This document shows, in pieces, positions 44,803 through 54,874 of a stretch of DNA of 64,000 bases (position 1 is the stretch's first letter; each line of letters begins with the position of its first letter). The notes beneath the pieces are model-generated. The model was not told the origin of the DNA and did not search any database. It saw only the letters and a list, made by a program, of their open reading frames with translations. Origin of the DNA: Alloascoidea hylecoeti (taxonomy: Eukaryota); contig BCKZ01000004.1 in assembly GCA_001600815.1 (NCBI GenBank), positions 806,001 to 870,000 on the forward strand. The letters run 5' to 3'. The position numbers and the translations under genes are program-made.

Positions 44803-45981
44803 TTAGGCAAAGTCTTCAATTTTCAAAACAATTTTTCCCTTCGCTCGAGCTGTTAAAAGCTTATCAATTGCCTTCTGGAAATCAAGCCAGTCATATTCCG
44901 AATCAATAACCACTTTTATTGTACCATCCTTAATTAGTTTCGCTCCAAGATCAAGCCAATCTCCCGATGTAACGTCGTGAACAATATATCTCATACCCCA
45001 TAAACCACCGAACAATTTTCGCCCAAGCATATTGGGTTGATAAAGATATGCAGATGTTCCTCCAATGGCATCTGGTGTACTCTTAGAATCACCCACCAGG
45101 GTGACGAACGCCGAACCGTTCTTACTTGGTTCAAGTATTTTGTCACAAATACTGAATATTGAACTGCCTCCAATACAATCCAAGATTAAATCAAACTTTT
45201 TATGGTTTATCACTTCTTTCTCGACATAATTAACCAATTGTGGATTTTGTCCTTCGATTAGACGATAATTGATGCATTTATCGGCACCAAGACTTGTACA
45301 AAGTTTTTCACCTTTATTGGAACAGGTGACGACAACATTATCAGCTTTCCAATGCTTCTTCGCCAGTTGAATAGCCATAAGTCCAACCGAAGTAGCACCT
45401 CCGAGAATTAGTACGTTAGAATAAATAAGTTTTTTGAAATCCAAATAGGAGAGTGATTGATACGCAGCACCAAATGTTAAAGGCCAGGCAGCTGCTTCCA
45501 TATAACTGACGTTTTCCGGCTGTGAAGTGAACTTATCAACTTTTGGGTTGACGATGATATGTGATCGAATGGTTCCTGAGCCTAGCTTCATATAAATCCC
45601 GCAAACATGTTCACCGGTTCGATATTTTCCTTTTAAGTTGCTTCCAACTTCAATGATTTCACCACAATAATCCCTTCCAATACCCTTTTCTCCGGCGTAG
45701 GTCCACATAGATTGGGAACTTTTTATCTTGATGTCGAGTGGATTGAGCGCAGCGGCCTTGACTCGTATGACTAGATGATCAGGATCAACAGGAAGTTCGA
45801 TTCTACCGTAGACAAATTGAAGTTTTGAATCGGGACCAGGCACATCGTAGATCAATTCTTTTGTGGGAATGTAGTTGATAGGCCTCAACGGACGAAGAAC
45901 CCTTTTGAGAGTCTTTGGAGCCTCTTCAGAGGGTTTTGGATGTTGGTGAAAAGGCTGTTTTGTCGGATCAGTTGTAGGCAT
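44803..45981 (-). CDS. AST1: Ast1/Ast2-like medium-chain reductase (quinone oxidoreductase fold)
   Basis: LKRVLRPLR...IP N-terminus typical of Ast1/2; ALNPLDIK, GRDYCG, ILGGATSVG, RAKGKIV. Confidence 0.7.
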   Translation of the reverse strand: MPTTDPTKQPFHQHPKPSEEAPKTLKRVLRPLRPINYIPTKELIYDVPGPDSKLQFVYGRIELPVDPDHLVIRVKAAALNPLDIKIKSSQSMWTYAGEKGIGRDYCGEIIEVGSNLKGKYRTGEHVCGIYMKLGSGTIRSHIIVNPKVDKFTSQPENVSYMEAAAWPLTFGAAYQSLSYLDFKKLIYSNVLILGGATSVGLMAIQLAKKHWKADNVVVTCSNKGEKLCTSLGADKCINYRLIEGQNPQLVNYVEKEVINHKKFDLILDCIGGSSIFSICDKILEPSKNGSAFVTLVGDSKSTPDAIGGTSAYLYQPNMLGRKLFGGLWGMRYIVHDVTSGDWLDLGAKLIKDGTIKVVIDSEYDWLDFQKAIDKLLTARAKGKIVLKIEDFA

Positions 45982-46324
45982 GTCTAGTTGCTATAAAATT
46001 ACACTAGAGAGAATAGGTGTAGTTATACCAAAAATTAAAACATAATATTTCCATATACTTAGGTATAAAAATACAAACATCGAAACATAATTAAACAAAA
46101 CACAAAACAATCAATCAATCTATTATATACACCTGTGGCGATCTAATCCAAGATTTGCATTGCTTTTCCTTTTTCCTGAGATTAAAATATTCAACGAAAA
46201 CTAACATTTAAGTTGACGTAGCTATAGGCCTATATATAAAATTCCGGGCCTATTACTTTGACATCTTACAACACGATAGCATCATAATTTACAATATCAT
46301 TTCTAATTGAATTATGTGCTGTGT

Positions 46325-48379
46325 TTAAGGGGCAATTGTCCGGTAACGGCTCCATCTCCAAATTCTTGCCTTGCAATCACCACTACCAGTTGCAAACAAC
46401 CCACTACCAGCTTCGCTGCCATTTGCAGCTACACTGACACTGATGACACTATTTCTATGTCCTTGTAACATCAAGAGAGGATTTCCTGATGATTGCTCCC
46501 AGAATATTACACCCCTGTCTTTAGAACCAGATAAAATAAATTCATCATCAGGTGTAGCACATACTGAAAGAACAAAGTCTTTGTGCCCGACATATGACAC
46601 CTCACATCGAGATGGACGTCCAGTGCCTGCTGATTTCAGAGACCATAATTTAACTGTTTTATCCAAAGATCCTGATGCAATCTCTTTACCACTTGGAGTA
46701 AAAGCAACACTGTAGACACTATCCGCATGTCCATCACCAACACCATTCTCACTCTCTAATCTTTCAACCAAGAATCCATTGGAAGCATCCCAAACACGTA
46801 CAATGCGGTCCAAAGAACCAGCAGCAATGAACTTACCATCGGGACTAACGGCAACTGTCGTAACACCATCTTCAATACTCAGAGTTAAGCTGCATTGTCC
46901 GGTTTCTAAATCCCAAATACGAACAGTTTTATCACCAGAGCCGGAAACTAACCTTTTTCCATCAGGGAAAAAATCTAACGAGTAAATATCTTGCTCATGT
47001 CCTTTCAAGTACTGGGTGATTCTTTTGGTTGTTAAATCCCAAATTCGAATTAATCGATCTTCTGCACCAGTGGCCAAATATTTTCCATCAGGTGAAAAAC
47101 AAATAGAACGAATATATAAATCACCATTCGCATTAGGTGTCATATCCGAAGGTTGATTGTTTCCTGGGTTAATATTATCATCAACCAATCTACAAGCAAA
47201 TTTACCAGTTTCAACATCAAAAACTTGAGTGATTTTATTGCAACCAGTAGCCAAAAATCTTCCATCTCTGCTGAAACGAACACAACATACAACAGATGAA
47301 TGATCTAATGAATGAACTAAATCAACATCCACTCTTTTGGGAAGCTCGGGATTAAAAATAACGTAATACTCAGGTGTTTGCTTTTTCATATCGGCAGGAA
47401 TATTTGCTGCGTCCAAATCATTTAAAAATGGTGGAATTTGGCGAGGAGTCACCTGCATGTTACTATCATTCAAAATTTGCTGCTGAGGTGGTTGTATTAG
47501 TTGTTGCCGAATATGCTGAGGTGGTTGGGTTAACTGAGTTGAGGGGATCCCTGGAGTTGATATACCATGAGATCTGGGTGATTGTTGAGGAAGCTGATAC
47601 ACTGGATGCAGTTGACCCTGTGGTCCTAGTTGACCAGGAAAAGGAGTAGACTGGTGATGCTCAGCTTTCACCTGTTGTTGATGAGCTTGTTGCTGAGCCT
47701 GAACCTGAGCTTGTTGCTGAGCCTGGGCCTGGGCCTGCTGTTGAGCTTGAGCATGGGCTTGCTGCTGTTGGGCTTGGGCCTGAGCTTGAGCTTGAGCCTG
47801 GGCCTGAGCTTGCTGCTGCTGCTGTTGAGCTTGAGCCTGGGCTTGAGCTTGAGCCTGAGCCTGTTGAGCTTGAGCCTGTTGCTGGGCTTGTTGCTGGGCC
47901 TGTTGCTGGGCCTGTTGCTGGGCTTGTTGTTGTGCTTGCTGCTGAGCTTGCTGCTGGGCTTGCTGCTGGGCTTGCTGCTGTTCATGAGGTGGTAAAATCG
48001 GACCTCCAGGTCCATTGTTCCCGGTCATAAGATTAGAGGATCTCTGAAGATTAGGTGGAGGATCTTGATTGACCACCTGTAGTTTTTGGGTATGTTGGAT
48101 ATTTCGATCCCTAGCTTCTAATTCTTGCTTCAATTTCAAGATTTCTTCCTCATATTGTTCTTTAATTTTTTTGTGGGCCGCTTCAAGTTCATAGACTGCG
48201 TGTCGAATCTGCTGCATTTCTGCTGTTTGTTGAGAAAATTTGTGGTCAAACTGATCCTTATGTATGCGATAGGATGATGCTTCATTGGTGACATTTTCAA
48301 ATTCTTGCTTCACTGCATCTAACAATTCACCAAGTCGATTACTTGGGTGGATGGCTGGTTGTTGTTGCCTGTAAGACAT
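46325..48379 (-). CDS. TUP1: Tup1 general transcriptional corepressor
   Basis: Tup_N helix ([13 protein letters not shown]...[13 protein letters not shown]) and WD40 repeats ([34 protein letters not shown]). First ATG is at 48379. Confidence 0.97.
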   Translation of the reverse strand: MSYRQQQPAIHPSNRLGELLDAVKQEFENVTNEASSYRIHKDQFDHKFSQQTAEMQQIRHAVYELEAAHKKIKEQYEEEILKLKQELEARDRNIQHTQKLQVVNQDPPPNLQRSSNLMTGNNGPGGPILPPHEQQQAQQQAQQQAQQQAQQQAQQQAQQQAQQQAQQQAQAQQAQAQAQAQAQAQQQQQQAQAQAQAQAQAQAQQQQAHAQAQQQAQAQAQQQAQVQAQQQAHQQQVKAEHHQSTPFPGQLGPQGQLHPVYQLPQQSPRSHGISTPGIPSTQLTQPPQHIRQQLIQPPQQQILNDSNMQVTPRQIPPFLNDLDAANIPADMKKQTPEYYVIFNPELPKRVDVDLVHSLDHSSVVCCVRFSRDGRFLATGCNKITQVFDVETGKFACRLVDDNINPGNNQPSDMTPNANGDLYIRSICFSPDGKYLATGAEDRLIRIWDLTTKRITQYLKGHEQDIYSLDFFPDGKRLVSGSGDKTVRIWDLETGQCSLTLSIEDGVTTVAVSPDGKFIAAGSLDRIVRVWDASNGFLVERLESENGVGDGHADSVYSVAFTPSGKEIASGSLDKTVKLWSLKSAGTGRPSRCEVSYVGHKDFVLSVCATPDDEFILSGSKDRGVIFWEQSSGNPLLMLQGHRNSVISVSVAANGSEAGSGLFATGSGDCKARIWRWSRYRTIAP
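47672..47980 (-). repeat. Gln-Ala coding repeat (QQQA and QA units, ~100 aa) in TUP1
   Basis: Directly visible CAG/CAA/GCC/GCT tandem units. Confidence 0.92.
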
Positions 48380-48557
48380 GTTGAAAAAAAAATAAGATGA
48401 GCTCAAGATCTAAAAAAGAGGATGGGAAGATGTTGGAGGAGCAATATTAAATACACCTCAGCCTGTGCTGTATATTACGCTTTCGTTCCCTACACTACAC
48501 ATGTTTGTTTATATGTATGAAACCTTAACCATATAATAATAATAGTAATTTCTCAAA

Positions 48558-49591
48558 ATGCCCCCAAAGCGAGCAACTACTGCCAAAACAGCGGAGAGCA
48601 GTAAATCCAAGAAAGTAAAACAGGTTAAAACCACTGGAAGAGGGCACAAGGCAACGGATATTGAAAACGAAAAAGATGACATAAATAAGGTCGCAAATCT
48701 AAGTTCCAAATCTAAGAAGAAGGGAGTTGAAGATCATGAGCTAGAATATTTGAATATGACAGTTTTAGATAAGCTCTTAACAAAATCAAAAGAATCAGAA
48801 CCTGAAAGATTGCTTCGAGAATATAAAGTAGCCTCAGAGAAAAAAAATCAGGATTCAGATATCTTAATTGCATCCCTATTATCAAAGGTGGAGGAGTTAG
48901 AAAAATTGAATAACGACCTTTCAGAACAACTAAAACAAAGAAATGTGTCAAATGGGGAAGTAGCTAAAAAGCAATCTGGAAAAAGAGTAAATGGGAAAAT
49001 ACAATCTAATGATAGGAACGATGTAGAAGCGTTAAGAAAACAAAATATACTATATAAAGATTTAATCAAGGAAAAGGATGAAACAATTGACGAATTGAAA
49101 GTAAAGTTGGAAGAATCGAATGCCTCAAAAGAAGAACTAGAAGAATCGTGTATATTTAAAGACGACTTTTCGTTTCTGATATGTGGATTGCAAATTCATG
49201 AAACAACAACAACAGACACATATGTTATATTTGATTGCACCCAGACGAGTCCTAGTGGTGGTATGTTTGTAACTTATAATTTTTATTGAAAGTTTATAAT
49301 CCCTTTACTAACATTACATAAAAAGCGTTTGATTATAAATTGCATATTCCAAGAGCAATCGATGAAGATGATGAACAGGGTGACTTACTATACGAGCCTC
49401 AACTCAAAGAGGATGAGATTGAATATTGGGAAAAGAAATTACCAGACTACTTATTAGATACCATTGAATTTCCACCGAGTTTTGTAAGTCAATTTTCAGG
49501 TTTATAATAGGTCTATATCTTCTAACACTGATTTCACTAGGCACGACAGTTTTATTTAAAAATGACTCGTTCTTTACAAGCAAAAAACTGA
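48558..49591 (+). CDS. CSM1: Monopolin subunit Csm1/Pcs1; exons 48558..49260, 49326..49483, 49541..49591 (303 aa)
   Basis: Coiled coil, then GLQI...FDCTQT|...DYKL...YEP...LPDYLLDTIEFP|..QFYLKMTRSL. Two canonical introns; divergent from TUP1 as YCR084C/YCR086W. Confidence 0.85.
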
Positions 49592-50394
49592 ACATGACTC
49601 CTCTGTTTTTACCAGTGCCACGGCTAGTATCATGGTATTTTATGAAATGATTTGTGCTCGTACAAGTGTGTACTTTATTAATATTTAACCTTTGTAATAT
49701 AAGTTATATATATTTATGTGTTTTCTTTAAATTTATGAATTTAAACGATTGAGATATATTGGAATATTCCTGGAGTCAATATTAAAATATCTGAACCGAT
49801 ATCAGGATAAAATTAACGCTGTCGATAGTATGCCAAAGAGGCACGGAGTCTATACAGTGAAGCACGACCTTCTTCTAAATCCCATAACATAAAATAGCAT
49901 AAGATATAGGGCCCCAGACGTCCTTGTATTATGTATAAGAATTTTGAAGTTCAAAGTCCTGGCCTGATTGTCGTCGAGCAAATATACCTTTCCGGATCCT
50001 GTAGAAGACCCGAGGATATGCAACACCATCCCAAATGTCCTCAGACTACTCCGACCTATTTGTTGTTCCTCTGATTCTTCTCGTTCAAAGTAAGCCTTTT
50101 ATGTGCCGAGAATATATATATCTAGATCTATATTTTTAGGAATATCTTGGGGGTGGTGTCGGAAATAAAAGCGCAACTTTCAACTTGACCCGGCTGCAAC
50201 GGATAAAAAGCCGACAATGACAAATTAAAAGAATCAGATATCCATGTATTTTGAATTAATTTCGATTAAAACCAAATAAATACAAAATTAAAATCCCGAA
50301 TTCTTCTAAATCTCGGCAACCGGAAAAAAAAGCTCTTTATAATTGTAAAATACGCTCATCTAGATCACAAAATTCGGGAACCTTTTCTAATATT

Positions 50395-51906
50395 ATGTCC
50401 CAAAAGGTTTGTTTTTATTTGCTGCTCGCAAGCACACTTTTGCTATCAGTGAAAGCACTTCCTCATGGTGATGATGATGATGATGGAAGTTCCCATGAGG
50501 ATAATTACGGTAACAACGAAGATGGAGGAAAAGAGCACGGAAATCATCTTGGCCTTTTGATTTTTCATTATTTGACAACGGTTATTTTAGAAGTTTTAAT
50601 ACTTCAGTTATCAGCACCATTCGCTTTATGCAGAAGACGGAAAATCGCAATTCCAATGCAAATCGTGGTGACAATATATATGGTGTTGGACTTTATTTTT
50701 TTGAGGTACCCCGATTCTAACAATATAGAGGAAAGAGCCAGTCGCTTTACAGGATTCTTACTGATGATTTTGGCCCCTACAATGGTGGTGCTTGGTCTAT
50801 TATCAAATGTTCCTGGAGCGGGCACAACATATTCCGGAATTGGTAGCAATTTACATGTTAATAAAGGAAAACTAAGGGTAATTGAACATTCTTATTTCTT
50901 CCTGGCCATTGTAGTTCCTCTTATTGCCTACGTGAGAGTGGGAATGGCTATTGTTTCTATGCTTGGGTTTTGTCGTGGTTCACATTTAGGTCAATGCTTA
51001 GCTCACGGTATTATGGGTTCATCCTTTATATTATATGGTGGTTATTTATTAATGATGCTTGTTGCTGGTCAAGAACTCTTGAAGAGAGCAGGTCACTCCC
51101 AAGAATTTTATGATTCAATAGCAATCACAGCATGGGGCATTGTTAACACATTCACCGAACATAGATGGGGACAAGAGTGGAACCACGGAGATTATCAGCA
51201 TACAGCTATGGGTATTATATGGTGGGCAGCTGGACTCTTTGGTATATTTTTATCAAGAAATAACAGGAGAAATTGGGTCCCGGCCGCTGTTCTTATCTTT
51301 ACTGGATATGCCATGTCCCAACATGCTCAACACTTGGAAATAAGTACGAAGGTGCATTTTGTTTTTGGTCTGGCTTTAATGGCAGCCGGGGCTTTTAGAA
51401 TTATTGAGATTTCATTCTTGTTGGATGATAAAGGTCAAGCTCCAGATAATAAAGTTAGATCCTTTCAGTATCTACCACCTTTTTGTTTAGTTGAAAGTGG
51501 AATGATGTTTCAATCTGCCAATGAAGAACAACTGATGCTATTGCACGGTGCTAATATTGATCATTCTTCTTATGTTTTGGTTATTACCAGCTTTGCATTC
51601 TTGATTTTTCTATGGTTCTCCACTTTAATCACAATATATTTGAAATTGAAAGACCACTATGTCACAGGTGTTTCTGCATCTACGCAAGATGAGTATTCTC
51701 ATGAGGAAAATAATGGATTCAGAGGCATTGAAGATGAGGGATTTGAGATCGAGAGTGTTGCCCAGCCATTAAGCCATGGAGGTTCATTTGAAATGGATTC
51801 ATTGCGTGAAGATGTTACTTTCGCTGAGTCTGCTTATAACAGTCCTGACCGCGTACTCTTAAATAATGGTGATTCTCAATTCTCGGACTATGCAATTAAT
51901 AAATAA
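50395..51906 (+). CDS. YTP1: Ytp1-family integral membrane protein
   Basis: GFCRGSHLGQCLAHGIMG, SQEFYDS, NTFTEHRWG, DYQHTAMG. Near KEX2 and LAP3 as in S. cerevisiae. Confidence 0.88.
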   Translation: MSQKVCFYLLLASTLLLSVKALPHGDDDDDGSSHEDNYGNNEDGGKEHGNHLGLLIFHYLTTVILEVLILQLSAPFALCRRRKIAIPMQIVVTIYMVLDFIFLRYPDSNNIEERASRFTGFLLMILAPTMVVLGLLSNVPGAGTTYSGIGSNLHVNKGKLRVIEHSYFFLAIVVPLIAYVRVGMAIVSMLGFCRGSHLGQCLAHGIMGSSFILYGGYLLMMLVAGQELLKRAGHSQEFYDSIAITAWGIVNTFTEHRWGQEWNHGDYQHTAMGIIWWAAGLFGIFLSRNNRRNWVPAAVLIFTGYAMSQHAQHLEISTKVHFVFGLALMAAGAFRIIEISFLLDDKGQAPDNKVRSFQYLPPFCLVESGMMFQSANEEQLMLLHGANIDHSSYVLVITSFAFLIFLWFSTLITIYLKLKDHYVTGVSASTQDEYSHEENNGFRGIEDEGFEIESVAQPLSHGGSFEMDSLREDVTFAESAYNSPDRVLLNNGDSQFSDYAINK

Positions 51907-52231
51907 TAGCCATAATTATAGGTTAATTTTATTAGTTGTTTGCATGAGGATGTTCCTGGATCTGGTAACTACTGTATAGTGTAATATCTGATAATTTGTA
52001 TATCAAATATGAAATTGATAATAAGATCTGAATTTATAGAGATAGCAGCATAGTACTGATAAAGCATACTATTTATTAGAATGCCCTGGAAAACTAGATC
52101 GGGGAGTAGACAAAGTCTTGTAAACAGATAATTTTGAATTTAACTTCAACATCCGAACAACTGCCATTGAAATGCTAAATTGCAACTATGATTTTAATGT
52201 AATCTTATAATAGTATTGAATTCTACCCAAC

Positions 52232-53536
52232 ATGTTACGGGCAGCATTGACAAGACCGGCCATCATCCCACAGCAAAGAGCTACGATATGTGCATTAAGT
52301 TTTTATAATTTTTTTCATTCAACGAGGATTGCTTCAAATCAACGTGGCGGACAAAAAACACCGATCCAAGTGTTTATTGACACTTTCAGATCTGAAATAA
52401 AAAAGTCTGAAGACCTGCAACATAATATCAAAGCTTTACAGGATGAGACCGGAAAGATGTCAGAGAGTGACGCATATAAGAAGGCAAAGGAAGCATATGA
52501 AGCCGCTAAAAAGGGAACTTCAGCTACTGGTGAAGTTGTTAAGAAAGCCGGAAAAATAGTTGGAGAAGCAGCTGTCCAAGCTTGGGATTCGCCTGTTGGA
52601 AAGACCACTCGGCATGTTGTTAATGCTACATCTGAATCTGTTTCGAAAGCTACGGAACCCATTAGAAAAACGCAGGCTTACCAGGATATCAAAGAGGTCA
52701 TCGATGATGGTGATAGTTCAATGTACGGTGGATTTGATGCTAAAGATGTGAGACACAAAAAGAGAGAAGCTTGGGAAAGAAAAAAGCTAGAGGAAGACCT
52801 TAAAAGGGGTATCAGAAGCAGGCCTGTTAAGGAAAATTTAGAGGCAGGTCAGAGTGTTATTACTCACGGGACTGCTAAGCCAAGTAAACCTACTTTTAGT
52901 GAGAAGTGGGAGCATTTCAAAGTAACTACAAGCGTAGGTAGATTCATTGGTGATATGAGGTTAAAATATGAAGAATCCGAAAATGGTTTAGTTTCGGGAT
53001 TTAGAACAGTTAGTGGGAAGATAGTTGGATTTTTTTCAGAGACTGAAAGTGGCAGAGTTATTCGAAAATTTAAGCAAATGGATCCTAGCTTTAATATGGA
53101 TGATTTTCAAAGAGAGGTGCGACAATTCATTTTACCAGAAATTTTGGATGCTTATATTAAGGGAGATAAGGTGGTTTTAAAAGCCTGGCTTTCAGAAGCG
53201 CCATATAATGTATGGGAAGCTTCTGCTAAACAATATGTGGAACAAGGGCTTGTTTTTGCCGGCAGAATTCTAGATATCAGAGGTGTTGATATACTAAGTT
53301 CTAAAATGCTTCCTCCAAATGAAATTCCAGTTTTTGTCATTGGTTGTAGGGCCCAAGAAATTCAATTATACAAGAAAGCAAAAACAAATGAGATTGTGGC
53401 TGGTGCTGAAGATCACGTTCAAATGAGTTCATATGCAATGGTACTTACCAGACTCCCTGAAGAAATAGATAATGAAGAAACAAAAGGATGGAGGGTATTA
53501 GAACTTGTTAGAGGTCAAAGTCGAGAGTGGAATTGA
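52232..53536 (+). CDS. TIM44: Mitochondrial import motor subunit Tim44
   Basis: Presequence; TPIQVFIDTFRSE, FSETE, ILPEILDAYIKGD, GRILDIRGVDI, CRAQEI. Confidence 0.95.
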   Translation: MLRAALTRPAIIPQQRATICALSFYNFFHSTRIASNQRGGQKTPIQVFIDTFRSEIKKSEDLQHNIKALQDETGKMSESDAYKKAKEAYEAAKKGTSATGEVVKKAGKIVGEAAVQAWDSPVGKTTRHVVNATSESVSKATEPIRKTQAYQDIKEVIDDGDSSMYGGFDAKDVRHKKREAWERKKLEEDLKRGIRSRPVKENLEAGQSVITHGTAKPSKPTFSEKWEHFKVTTSVGRFIGDMRLKYEESENGLVSGFRTVSGKIVGFFSETESGRVIRKFKQMDPSFNMDDFQREVRQFILPEILDAYIKGDKVVLKAWLSEAPYNVWEASAKQYVEQGLVFAGRILDIRGVDILSSKMLPPNEIPVFVIGCRAQEIQLYKKAKTNEIVAGAEDHVQMSSYAMVLTRLPEEIDNEETKGWRVLELVRGQSREWN

Positions 53537-53706
53537 AGAGAAATGAATTAATATTATTATACCAAAATTCATGATAAATAATAACTTGAAGTCCTTTTGT
53601 AAATATCAAGCGAATTGTGTTAAGTTGCATAATCATAAATGTATAGATATACATGTAAGGTCTTATACTTATATTACAATTGATTGTGTGACAAAACTAA
53701 TAAAAG

Positions 53707-54546
53707 TTATCTCTTTCTAACTAGTCCACTTTTTATAATTTTGCGCTTCTTAAATTGAGGAGCTTTTGTGATTGATTCCTGCTTAGTATCACCTTTGATA
53801 TTTATTGCCAGCGGAGGAAGTTCATCTAGATCTAGATTGTCGTTTGAAATCGTTTTCTCATGAAAGTCCCATGATTCTATTTCTAAATCGGTAATAGTCT
53901 TAGTGCGAGTCCCACTTTTTCGAGCCGCTGAGTTTTCCTCGTATTTTTGAATTATAGATTCTTTCTTGTTAGGACTATCATCATACCGATTGTCTGTATC
54001 TTCTGACAGACTTCCCTCTTTTCGTTTTATAGAAACTGTTTCCCACTGACCTGCCACTGCATTTTCGGCATCAACTACTTTTTTCATGTGGGGTAGATTC
54101 ACCCCTAGTTCTAGCAGCGATCGTTCTTGATCTTCCAGCTCCCTTTTTGACAATATGGTTGGTTTATCTTGGATCCTTTTCGGAACCGATTCTGCTTCCT
54201 TTGTGGAATTATCATAACTCAAGACCTCTTTCTTTATCGCTTTTTGGTCTTTACTTTCTTTTGCATCATTTATTATCCCACGCTTGACAAGATCCTTATC
54301 GATCTTCTTGAGAAGTGAATCTATCTTCTGTTTCTGATTTGCTTCCTGTTCATTCTTTTTTCGTAATCCAGAAAGGTAATTACTATAATTGCGTTGATGT
54401 TTTGATGTTGCATCATGTTGGGAGCGACTTAGCTTGGAGTCAGTTACATACTAGGGTGGAGAAAGGTTAGCATTGAAGATTAAAATGGAATATCAAAAAT
54501 GGTATATTCATACCGTTTTGCAAAAGTCACACCAGTAGTTTGCCAT
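53707..54546 (-). CDS. U1/matrin-type C2H2 zinc-finger protein (WBP4/FBP21-like splicing factor); exons 54514..54546 and 53707..54450, 258 aa
   Basis: Spliced MANYWCDFCKT|YVTDSKLSRSQHDATSKHQ (CxxC...HxxxxxH), GQWETV, C-terminal FKKRK. Intron 54451..54513 (GTATGA...TGCTAAC...TAG). Confidence 0.75.
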
Positions 54547-54615
54547 GCTTATATAAATGGAGATAATTATATCTGAAATAATCAAATACTTGTGCAAACA
54601 ATACTCATGAAAAGT

Positions 54616-54623
54616 CCGGGTAA
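54616..54623 (-). promoter_or_regulatory. Reb1-type site in the divergent zinc-finger/CWF19 promoter
   Basis: CCGGGTAA exact match. Confidence 0.45.
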
Positions 54624-54874
54624 GTCATTGACAAAACCATCTTCAAAAATAGAGGATTAATTAGCTTCCTACACGCTATATGAAGGTTCTGTAACTATGT
54701 TTGTCATTTTATCAGATCTTTCAATGATTTAGACGAACTGTTAGAGAGTTCAAATGAAATAAAAGTTATTTTATTGTGGCTTTAGGTTATTATTCTATCC
54801 CACAATTGAAATGTATGGGTGTTTGTTACAAGAAAATTAAAAGCATAATATAAAGCATTTAATATATTATCACC

